Shown: in pieces, positions 20,301 to 32,300 of the stretch
How positions within the stretch are numbered: the first letter of the stretch is position 1
Layout of the letters: every line of letters starts with the position of its first letter
From: Verrucomicrobiaceae bacterium
Lineage (GTDB): Bacteria; Verrucomicrobiota; Verrucomicrobiia; Chthoniobacterales; Chthoniobacteraceae
Reading direction: 5' to 3'
NCBI GenBank assembly: GCA_043728745.1
Contig: JAYTMG010000772.1
Span: forward strand, 1 to 51,777
DNA length: 51,777 nucleotides
Program-made: the position numbers and the translations under genes
The notes under the pieces: generated by a model
Seen by the model: the letters and a program-made list of their open reading frames with translations, nothing else
The model's database searches: none
What the model was told of the DNA's origin: nothing

Positions 20301-23300
20301 CAGCGGCGACGCAGGAGTCGGTCCGCGCGGAGACGATCATCGACCCGCTGGGCACGCTGGTGACTTCGCAATTCGGCACGGTGACTCATTACGACGCGGC
20401 GACTCGGACGATGTTCGTCGGCGATGCGGGCGCGGGCAAAGTGTACGTGTATGCAAACGAAGGGCTCTCGTGGCCGCTCATCGCGACGCTGGCCCCGGCA
20501 AGCGCGACGGGCTTTGGCGCGGACATTGATGTGGATGGGCACAATCTCGTGATTGGCTCGCCGGGATCAAATCAGGCATTCGTTTACAAACGCACCGGTG
20601 AGAACTGGGAAGATGCCGTGGTGCTCGTTCCGCAGACGCTCTCCCTCGCAAACAGCGCGGGCAGCAACTTCGGCGCATCGGTGGCGATCAGCGGCAGCAA
20701 TATCGTCGTCGGGATTCCCGATGGAAATGTGCAGTATTCGACCACGGGGCAAGTGGACGCGAACTACAAACTCGGGCTCGGTGCTGCGGGCGGCGCGGTC
20801 ACTTTCAAGCTCAATACGACCACCTCGCTTTGGGCGCAGGATCGTCTGTTGTTGCCGGATGATGTCACACTTCCCACGAACACTTCCTCGACGGAAACTT
20901 ACGTGCCGACCGATGCGAACTGGGGCCAGGTTCTTGTGCAGGGAATGGGTTGGTTTGGAATCGGGTATCACGACGTGGGTGAGAACAACGGCAGGACCAT
21001 CACGCTCATGCCGCATATGGCGATTGCCATCGTGGATACGAACGGCGGTGACTGGGATTTCAACTATCTCTACAACGACACGGACTTCCCTGTGGACAGG
21101 ACCATCGGCTCCGGATGGGCCAATGATATTGATGACCTGATCGTGGGTTCTTACACTCCGGGAGCTTACGCGGAGTTTGTCGTGAATGGTTCGACGCGCC
21201 GGTTCAACTTGGGCGAAACGCGCCTCGGCAGCACCGAGAATAACGACACCGCAGTTACGGTGGGACCGAACACCATCGTCATGGTCGCGGACATCTCCGG
21301 CGGCGATGCTCGGCAGCAGTCATTCACGTCGTCAGGCACGATGAATAGCGACCTCGATAACGACGTGGAAGGCGTCGGTGTGGTGAGCACGGTCGTGCCG
21401 ACAAAGACGCGGACGAAATACGAGAGCTTCAGTTTTACAGGCGCAAAATGGGGTTCATCCGTGGACATCGTGAACGGCATCGTTTTTGTCGGCGCACCGG
21501 GCAAATCGCGCGTGGCGATGTATGACCTCGCGACGGCAGACACGACCGGCTGGTCGGCGAGCATCGGCGGCGTAAACGCTGGCGGAACGGTGGTCGGCGG
21601 CGGCGTGACGGGCGCGACGCTCACCGGCGGCGTGGTGGATGGAGCGCTGCGCAGCACGAAATATTTCGACGCGGCAGCTGCGGCAAAACTCGGCACAGAA
21701 GTCGTGGCCGCGAGCGCGACGAAAGTCTTTGTCGGCAGCCCCGGCATGAGCACGGTGCAGGTCTATAATAAGACGACGACTTGGACGGCAGGGACGCCGA
21801 TTGTGGGGACGGATGGATTTGGCGGCGATGAGTCGATCACGATTCGCGGCGGACAGATGCTCATCGGCTCGACGGGCACTGTGGGCTCCTCGAATCTCTT
21901 CACCTCCGCTGGAGTGACTCTGAACAAGACCTTCACGCCGTTCATTTACACCCAAGTGGGCAACACGATGGCGAACGATACGAACGTGGCGCTCAAGTTT
22001 GGCGCGGGTGGTCAGCTCATCAGCGAAGGCGTGACGATCATCGGCACGGCAAATACGACGGCGGACGAGAACAAGCTCTACGTTTTCCGCGACCGCGGAC
22101 CAGCGTTCACCGGTCTGGCGACGGAGCTTTCGCCGGAACTCCCGACTTCCAGCAAGGGTGGCTCGGGCGTGGCGATCGATGGAAATACGGCGGTCATCGG
22201 CGCGAGCGGCTTCGATGGGCGCGGCGCTGCTTACGTCTATACGTCGAGCGCGCCGGGCGTGTGGACTTTGCAGGCGACGCTGCAGCCGAGCGGCTTGCAG
22301 CGTGGCGATGACTTCGGCGCGACGGTGGCGCTGGCGGGCGATTCGATCATCATCGGTGCGCCGATGCGCGATGCGGGCGGGCTGGTGGATTCGGGCGGAG
22401 TGTATGTCTATCAGCGCCTCGGCACGGGTTGGACGCTGAAGGCGGATGTCGGCGGCGACGCTGCAAACGCGCGCCTCGGGCAGGACGTGGACATTTACGG
22501 CATCAACGCAATCGCGGGTGCGCCGGGCGCGGAGAAGGCGCTCGTGCTGACCCACGACGGCGCGACGTGGGGCGTGTCCTCGACGATCACGACGAGCTGG
22601 CCGGGGCAGTTTGGCGCGGCGGTCGCCATCGAGGGAAACACGGCGATCATCGGATCGCCGACGGGGAACGCCAACAAAGGCGTCGCGCAGGTTTATACGA
22701 ATTCGGGCGCGACGTGGAATGCGGGCGCGCTGCTGGATGCGCGGGAGTTTTCGAATGCAGGCGACCGATTCGGCGCGGCGGTGGACTTCTCGGGCGGGCT
22801 GGCCGTCATCGGTGCGCCGGGCTTTGCGAATAGCACGGGCGCGGTGTTCCCGTACTTCACGGGAAGCTGGGGCTTCCATGCGCAAATCAACGGCGTCGCG
22901 GCGGGCGATTTCTTCGGCAGCGCGGTCGCTGTCGATGGCGATATGATGATCGTCGGCGCGTATGGCGTGCAGGTCCCGGTGACCGCGCCTGTGCAGACGC
23001 GAGGCGACAACGAAGGCTCGGCTTACGTGTATCGCTATGTCGCTTCGAGCTGGGTCTCGGAGACATCGATCGATGCGCTCACGGGCAGCGATGCGTTTGG
23101 CGGCGACAACGTCGGATACGCAGTCGCGCTGAGCAAAGGCAATGCGCTCATCGGTGCGCCGCAACTCGGCGGACGGGTGAATAACACGACCACGCCCGGC
23201 GCTGGCTACGCCTTTATGCGCGAGGTTTCCGCGCCGATCACGGTCACGACGGTGGGCTCGCAAAGCACGCTCCAACTCGGCGCACAAGCGAACATCATCG

Positions 23301-26300
23301 GCGGCAAAGTGGGAACAATGACAACGGCGGATTTGAAGTTCTTCGACATCCGCGATTTCAATCTCACCACGGGCAGCGCGGATGACCTCGTGACACTTGG
23401 CAGCGCGGGTCTAACGGCATACGGACTGCGCAATTTCAATGTGACGACGGGCGGCGGAAACGACACGTTCACCACGCAGACGAACCTGCTCAAGCCGACG
23501 GCGGCGGGCACTTTCCTGCCGAGTGTTCCGTTCACTTTTGGCTCCACGATCCCGGCGAATACGCCGATGGCGCGGGTGCTCGGCGCACTCACTTTTGATG
23601 GCGGCACGGGCACGAATACGATGGCGGCAGTCTTTGACGGCGACTGGACGGTGACGGCAAACGCGCTCATCGGTACGAAGGACAACGCGGCGGTGACGCT
23701 GACGAATGTCTCCAACGTGACGCTGACCGGCGGCGGGTCCGTCAATCGCTTCACACTCTTGGATTGGTCAGGCACCGCGACGCTCGATGGCGGCGGCGAC
23801 TCCGACCAATTTATCGTTCACGCTGCGGCGCTGAACGGGACAAAAATCTCCGACACGACTGGCAGCTTGGATTCACTCACGGTGCTCGGCACCGCTGGGA
23901 TTGATACGTTCCAAGTGAACGCCGGAAGAGTGCGGCTCAACAATACTATGGACTTGGATTATACAAACGGCGGCGTGGACTTACTCAATATCGCAGGAGG
24001 GCTCGGGGACGACATCCTGACCGTAAACGACAGCTCGGCGGGCTTCGTCTTCCTTGATGGCGAAGATGGCTCGGATACTTACCAAGTCTTCGCTGGTGCG
24101 ACGTCGGCAAAGGTCTTTGCGCACGACAGCGGGCCGCTTCCTTCCGACACGGCGAACGTCGATAAACTGGAACTGCCAGTGAGCAGGATTCCGGGGCTTG
24201 ACTCGACCTTCACGGTCGGCGCGAAGTTGGTGACTTTCGACGAAACAATCGAAGACATGGGCACGGCGGAATTGGTGTTCGATCCAATCGTCACCGCGAC
24301 GGGCAGCGCAGGGCCGGATAACATCGTTCTCAGCGGCAGCACGCTGACGATTAACGGCGTCCCGCTCGACATCTCGATGATCACCGAACTGACAATCGAC
24401 GCTGCCGATGGCGATGACATCATCACCATCGATGCGTTCAGCGCGCCGCTGCTCACAAAGCTCATCATCAACGGCGGCAACGGTAAGGATAAAGTGATCC
24501 TCACTTTGCCTCTGCCGACCGGCCCGAGCTACGCGCTCAATGGCGGCGCGGACGACGACATCCTCGAACTCCACACCGGCTCCGGCAACGACATGCTCAC
24601 GCTCGGCGCGACATCGGTGCAACTCGACGGCTCGCCGAGCGCCAACTTTACGGACTTCTCATCGTTCGTCGTGGATACGGGCGATGGCGCGGATGTGGTG
24701 ACGCTCGATGGCGTGACCGGACCCGTGACTGTCAACACCGGCGACGCCGACGATATTGTGAAATACGGTGCTCTCGTTGCGCGGGCGACGATCAACGCGG
24801 GACGTGGAAATGATCGCGTGATTCCGCTCTCACTGGCGTCTGGCGGCTTTGGCCTCACGTTTAATGGCGGCGATGGAAATGACTACTTCGAGGGCACCAC
24901 GAGCGACGACATCGCGGACGGCGGACTCGGCGAAGACACGCTGCTCGGCGGCGATGGCGCGGATACGCTGCTCGGGGGTGCAGGGAATAATTTCCTCAAC
25001 GGTGGTGGCGGCGCAGACAGCATCACGGGCGGCAGCGACTCGGATACGATCATCGGCGGCGCTGGCAACGATGTCTTTAATGGCGGCGGCGGCGGCGACC
25101 TCTACACATTCGCGGATGGCTGGGGCGCGGATTCGTTTACCGGTGTGAACTCGGGCTCGGGTGCGTTTGATTTCTCGGCAGTCACGACGGCGATTACGTT
25201 CGCATCGAGTGGAACGACCATCACCGCGACTTCGGGGGCAGACAGCATCACGTTTAGTGATTCGCAGCCGTACATCACGTCGGTCTCCGGCGGCGCGGGC
25301 GACGACATTTTTAATGTCACGAATACGGGCGGAACGCCGGTCGTGCTCAATGGCGGCAATGGCTCGGACCAATACATCGTCACACTCGGCGCGCTGAATG
25401 CAGCGGTGCAAATCAACGACACAGGCACCGTGGGCTCGGACACCGTGACCATCGAAGCGCCTGCTCCCGGCTACACGATCGACGTCCGCCAGACATCTAT
25501 CGTGGCGACGAAAGCGGGCCTCGCGGCGCAGGTGATTAATTTCGGCACGGGCATCGAAAACATCACCGTGAACGCGAAGGCAAACGGCGGCAGCACCGTG
25601 AATGTCGCGGAGGCGATTTCGTTCACCGGCAACGTGCGCCTCGCGGCGAATCAGGCGTTTGTGAACAACACGATCAACGCGGGCGGCATCCGCATCGACT
25701 CCGCGCTCGGGCTCGACCTCAACGCGGACATCAACGCGCGGAACAACGGCAACGTGAGCGTCTTTGTGGATGGCGGCGCGATTACGCTGAATGAGGACAT
25801 CAATTCTTCATCCGGCAATTCATTCACCGGCGACGGCTCGGGCACGATCCAGCTCGTGACGAATGGCGGCGCAATCCTCGCGGGCAACAGCACGGCGATG
25901 ATTCTCGCGGGAAGTGGCGCACTGCTCCTGCGCGGCTCGAACGGCAGTATCGGCACGCTCACCACGCCGATTCGCACGCAAGTCGGCACGCTCGCTGCGG
26001 CGACGACTGGCGCGGGCACGCCGATCAATATCTACGAACTCGACGGCCTCATCGTGGGCACTGTCGCGGGCACGCCGGGCATCACCAGCACGGGCGGCAC
26101 GGTGCAGATTTTCAACGACGCAAACGTCCTCAGCGTGCAATCGCGCATCGCGGTTGCGGGCGACCTGACGCTCACTTCGGACCAAGTGGACATCGCCGCA
26201 GACATCGCGAGTCCCGGCAGCAACTTCTTCATTCGTCCCGAAGGACTCACGACGGTCATGGCGATTGGCGATGGAGTCAGCGGCGTCTTCGTGCTGAGCC

Positions 26301-29300
26301 AAAGTGAGATCAATCATTTCGTGAACGGTTTCCTTTCGATCCAGATCGGCCAGGAACTCGGGCGCAATCTCATCAACCTCGGCAATGCGTCGTTTGTGGA
26401 CCCCACACTGATGCAGAATCCGGTGCTCGGCGGGCACATCAATCAGACCGGCATCCTGAACGTCACGGACAACGGTTCGTTCACAATTTACGGAAGCGGG
26501 CACACGACGGAACTGAACAACCAAAACGTCGGCGGGAACATCGACATCGTGGACAGCGCAGTCGTCCGCGAGGGCGAGACGGTGACGCTCACGAGTCTCG
26601 CGGGCAGCATCAATATTAACTTCGACGTGGACGGCACGCTCGGCGGCGCGGACGAAACGCTCGTGCTCAATGCAGCGGGCGACGTGACGGTGAAGGGTGC
26701 AATCGGCAGCGAAGCACAGCTCGGAACGCTGCGTATCGCAAACGGAACGAACGTCCGCTTTGAGGGATCGGTGAACGTCAAAAACCTTATCATCGAAGAC
26801 GGCGCGACCTTTACCGTGGATGGAACGCTGAACGCGCAGAGCATCGCAGTTTCTGGAGTCGCGGCGGCGACATTTAAGAGCAGCGTGATTCTCACGACCG
26901 GGCTCACAACCACTGGCGGTGCGCTTTCCACGATTGTCTTCGAGGGACAAATCAGCGCGCCGAGTGTTTCGGTGACGGCGATTCAGCTCGCGGATTTCTA
27001 TCAGCTTGTGGATGTCACCACGGCGCTAAACGTCACGACGACGAGCGCGACGGGCGACATCGTTTTCCGCCAGCAGGTGAACTCGCACGCTGGAAATATC
27101 ACGGTGAATTCGCAAGACGACGTGACCTTTATCGGCCCCGTCGCGGGCGCAAATCTGACGGTGACGCGTGCCGATGCGACTTCGTTTCAAGGGCCGCTGG
27201 AGCTTACGGGCGCGTTCGTGCGGACGCTCGGGACGGGCACGGCGAGCTTCGCGCTCTTCGCGGCGGCTTCGGCAAATATCAACGCCACGGGGCTCGTCCT
27301 CGGCGGCACGACGACGCTCACCGGCGCGGCGGGCTTGGTGGCCGGGCTGGGCGCAAATGGTGCGTTCACGGCGGTCGGCGCGGTGTCCGCAAATGCGGGA
27401 CCGCTCAACATCACCGGCAAGACGATCAATTTCCAATCGGGCGTCAGTGCGGCTTCGTCCACGCTGAGCGCGATCGAGTCCATCACCGTCGCAAACGCAT
27501 CGCTCTTCACGACGACGGGTGCGCTTTCGGCGACGACGACGAGCGGCACGGTGGGTGAAATCAAGTTCACTGGACCGACAACGGTGGGCGGAGTTGCGAC
27601 GTTCACCACGCCGCGTGCGCTCACTTTCCAAAACACGCTCAACGTCACCAGCTCGCTCACGGTCGCAGGCGCGACGAGCGAGCAGTATCAAGGCGCAGTC
27701 GTGGTCGGCGGGGCATTTGTGCAGACTTCCACGGTGACTGGCGCGACGAGTTTCTCATCCACGCTGCAAGCCGGCTCGCTGGATTTGCAGGCTGGTTCGC
27801 TTGCTTTCACAGGCGACGTGAACAGCTCGGGCAACGCGACTTTAACTGCGAAAGCGGGTAGCATCTCGGCAGCGGCAAACGTCGTGGCGACGGGGACGCT
27901 GACGATGAGCGCGACGACGAATGTCGGGCTGCTCGGCGCGACTTCTGCGAGTTCCATCGGTGTCACTGCGGTCGGCACAATCACGGCAGGTGTCGGCGGA
28001 ATGACCACGACGAGCGGCGCAATCTCGCTCACGACAACCGGCGCAGTCGCTGGCAACTCGGTCACGCTCAACGGACTCGTTGACGCGGAGACCGCGCTGA
28101 CCATCAACGCAGCGCGCGGCGTACTCGCGACGAATACAATCAACGCGGCATCGCTAAACGCGACCGGCACGGCGCTGACGTTCAACAGTCTTGTGACCAC
28201 GACCGGCGCAACGACGCTCGGCAGCACTGGCGCAATCAATCTCGTCTCCGGCCTTACGGCGGGCGGCAACTTGCTCGTGACGGGCGCAAGCGCAGTGACG
28301 CTCGGCGACGCGGTCACGGCAAACACAGTCAACATCACGGCTGCGAACACGATCGATATTTCCGTCGGCGGTCTTGCTTCGACGGTAGGCGGCATCACGC
28401 TCGCCACGACAGCGCCGGGTGCCGGAAACTCGGTGAGTGCGCTCGGACTCGTGGATGCGAGCACGGCGCTGACCATCACGACTCCACGCGCGGTTTCGCT
28501 CAATGCGGTCGATGCGGCTTCGGTCGCTGTGAGCGCGGCGAGTATCAATTTGTCATCGGTCGTCACGGCGACTGGCGGCGTGACGTTGACGGCGGATGCG
28601 TCCGGAAACATCAGCGCTGGCTCTACGATCACAGCGGGCGGGGCATTGAACATCAGCCGCGCAAAAGCGGTGACGTTCGAAGGACTCGTGAATGTCGGCT
28701 CCGTCGCGATTGGCAGCACTTCCATCGAGACAGTCTCCATCGGTGCGGGTGGCATGACTGCGGCGGGCGATTTGATTATCAACACGACGGTTGCCGGGGT
28801 CGGCAACGGCATCACCTCGCAAGGCACACTGACGGCGGGCGCGAACAATCTCGTCAGCCTCGTTTCGGTGCGCGGCGTGGACATCAGCGGAGCGATCAAT
28901 GGAAGCGACCTCACAGCGAGCGGCACGACGGTGACGCTCCGCGGAGTGCTCACGCTCGGCGACGACGTAACGCTCAGCGCAACGGGCGCACTCGCAGTGA
29001 ATAGCGACCTCACAGCGGGAGGCGACCTCGTCGTCTCGCAGGCTGGAGCGCTCGCATTTGGCGCGAAAGTGAACGCAGCAACGCTGACGGTATCGAACGC
29101 CGGAAACACGATTTTCTCCGGGCAGACGACGATCACAAATGCGGCGACGCTAACGCTGACCGGCGACCTCACGACGGCGGCGCAATTTGCAGTCGGCGGC
29201 GCGCTGAACGTCCCGACGGTGCGCGACGTTTCATTCGGCGGGCTCGTCACGGCGGCTTCGGCATCCATCGGCTCCACGAGCGCACGCACCATCTCGGTGA

Positions 29301-32300
29301 ACAACGGAGGCGTGCAGACGACGGGTGCTTTGACGCTCCGCTCCACGGATGCGCTCGGCACGATTAATATCAACGGGCCGATTGCTGCGGCGAACGGCGC
29401 GACAACGCTGACGGCAGCGGGTGTGGTGAATTCCGTGGCAGGCATCAGCGGTGACACGGTGACGGTCACGGCTTCCTCGATGTCGCTCGGCGGCGCGGTG
29501 AATGCGGACGCTGGAAATGTGACGCTGAATACGACCGTCGCAAATGCGGGCAGCATCATCGTCGGCGGAGTCGTCACCAGCACGGGCTCGCTGCTCGTCG
29601 GCACCACGACTGCTCCGAAATCGGCGGCGCTCAACGGCGCGCTGAATATCGGCAGCGACCTCACAGTTCGTGCGGACGAGACGATCTCGACGGGTGCGCA
29701 AGTTACCGTGGTTCGGGACATTTCGTTTACAACGACAAGCACTACGGCGGGCGAAGTCCGCGCGAGTGGAACGCTCAGCGCAGGACGCAACTTCCTGCTC
29801 GATACCTCGCGCAACGCGACGTTCCTCGCGCCAGTCACAGTTGGCGGAGCGGCGACCATCACGAAGGCGGCGGCGCTGCAATTTGACGGCGCGCTGAATG
29901 TCACTGGCGCACTCACGCAGACGGCGGGCCTCACCAGCTCGCGCTTCGCATCCATCAGCGCGGTATCCATCGCGATTGATAGTCCGACAATAGCCGTGAC
30001 GAACGCGGTGACGGCGACAAGCGGCGCGGCGAACTTCAACGCGGCAGCGAGCGGCAAAGTCACTATCGGCGGCAATATGAGCATCGCTGGCGCGCTCACC
30101 GTGCCTCGCGCGGATGAAGTCATCCTCAGCGGAAACGTCAGCGCTTCCACGGTGAATGTCGGCGCGACGAGCGTGCGCACGATCAGCTTCGGCACGAACC
30201 TCACGGCAACCACGGGCGACGTCACGCTCGATGGAAATGGCGGCCCGATCACCGTCGCGGGCACGCTCACCACGCCGACTGCACTCAGCATCCCACGCGG
30301 CACGGTCATCACGCTGAACAGCGCAGTGAGCGCAGCAAGCGCGACGATTGCGGGCGGCGCATTCACGGCGGGAAATGACATCACGACCACGACCGGTGCG
30401 CTCACTTTTACCACGACGGGAAATGTCACCGTCGTCGGTAAAACAACCGCCGCACAGACGCTGAGCATCACCGGAGCAGCGGACGTGAACCTCACCGGCG
30501 CAGTCAGCGCGCGCAGCTTCACGCTCGACGCAAACTCGTTCCTCGCGGGCAGCACTTTTGCCACGACGAATGGCAACGCAATTCTCACGACGGATGCGAA
30601 TATCCGCTTCGTCGGCGTGGCCAATGTGAACGGCGCTCTGACCGTCACGACGGCGCTCAACACCACGTTCCAAGGCCAGCTCACCGTCACTGGTGCGTTG
30701 ACGCAGCAAGACGGATTTGGCGCGACGCGCTTCGACGGGCCGGTTTCTGCGAGCGACATTTTTGTCCGCACAGCACAGCAGGTCTTCGCGGGAAATGCGT
30801 TCATTGCAAACACGGGCAACATTTTCATTGAGTCCGACGAGATTGATTTCTTCGGCGGCACGAATGCCGTGCAGGGAACTGCAGCGCTCACGCTGCGGCC
30901 TTACCTCGCGGCGACTTCGATCGACATCGGCTCGCCGACGCCGACCGGTTTGCTCGACCTTTCCGATGTGGACCTGAACGCGCTGCGCGATGGCTTCACT
31001 CAAATCACCATCGGGCGTTCCGAAGATGGCACGGGCGCGATGCTCATCGGCAGTAGTGTCTTCAAGGACAACGTAGCGTTCCACGCAGGCAGCATCACGG
31101 TGGAGAGCAATACGCTCGTCGGCCAAGTCGTCACCACGCCGGAGAGCCTCACTATGACAGCGCGGACGGGCTCAATCGTCACAAACGACGATATTTTTGC
31201 GAGCGATGTGAACTTCACTGCGGTGGACAATGTTGCGATCAATAATCGTTTGGAAGTCAGCGGACTCCTCGGGATAAATCCCCTTATCTCGGTAAGTGCG
31301 GGCATAGACGATACGGGTAGCATCTTCATCAACGGAACGGTTCTCACCACCAATCATCCCAATAGCACGCTGTTCGCCAGGACAGGTAATGTGGCTGGCG
31401 ACATCAGAATTACCGGCACTATCGGAGGGATCGGCCTTGCTATACTCATGGCACCTAACGGTGAGATTTTGCAGACCTCCGGCAATGTGAGCGCGAGCTT
31501 TCTTGATACGGTGGCGGAAACGGGCATCACGCTTCTCACGACTGCGGACCACATTTCGGCGCGCGTCACGGGCACGGGCGACATTTACATCACAGACACC
31601 GGCGCTGCGGCGGGGCACTTCCTTGACCTTGGCTCGCGGGCGTCTCTGAACGACGGGCTCTTTACGGCAGACGGCGACATCACGGTGTATGCAAACGAGA
31701 GCATCAATGCGTATCGCGTCGAAGCGAATGGCGACGTGACCATCGAGTCCGGCGCTGAGATTTACGTCGATGACGTGACCGGCGACGAAGCGGTGGTGCG
31801 TGGAACGATCCTGCTCGTCGAAGACCGCGACTCGAACGGCGAGAACATGTTGTTCGACGGAAACGTGCGACTGCTCCGTGACATCACGCTGAACAGCGAC
31901 GGCGGCAATATCACAATCACGGGCGCGGTGAACGCCACTCCCGGCCAGCACTTTAGTCTCACGATCGAGGCAGGCGGCGGCGACGTGACCATCGGCAATG
32001 GAATCGGCTCGGTGACGCCGATTGAGTTCCTGCAAGTGAATGATGCGGGGCTCTTCACGCTCGCCAGCGGTTCGCGGGTGGAAGGCGATACGGAGATCAA
32101 CGCATCCGCGATTGCGATTTCCGCACCACGCGGCTCGATCGTCTCGACGATGGGCGGCGCGCTGCGGTTGCTGCCAGTCGATAGCGAAGCGGCCATCGAC
32201 ATCGGTTCGCCTGCAAATGGCAGCGCGGAGTTTTCCTTGAGCGATGCGGAACTCGCGGCGCTCGGCGACGGCTTCGGCGGCATCCAGATCGGGCAAGTCG

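Noticed and set aside
26940-30880. Highly repetitive tracts in the giant genes as possible CRISPR arrays or tandem DNA repeats.
   Set aside because: The periodicity exists only at the degenerate amino-acid level. There are no exact direct DNA repeats with unique spacers, and the region is one continuous open reading frame.
27688-30891. Very long antisense ORFs inside the giant genes. Examples are 27688..30891 (1,067 aa), 15761..19129 (1,122 aa), 29231..31126, 21455..23287, 11476..12654, 1834..3330 and 6849..7856, plus many plus-strand ORFs inside the minus-strand 4,004-aa gene such as 44875..45849 and 40114..41292.
   Set aside because: They are shadow ORFs typical of high-GC DNA. They share third-codon positions with the sense frame or are Arg/Pro/Ala-rich nonsense, they have no start context or signal features, and the sense frames carry clear domain motifs.
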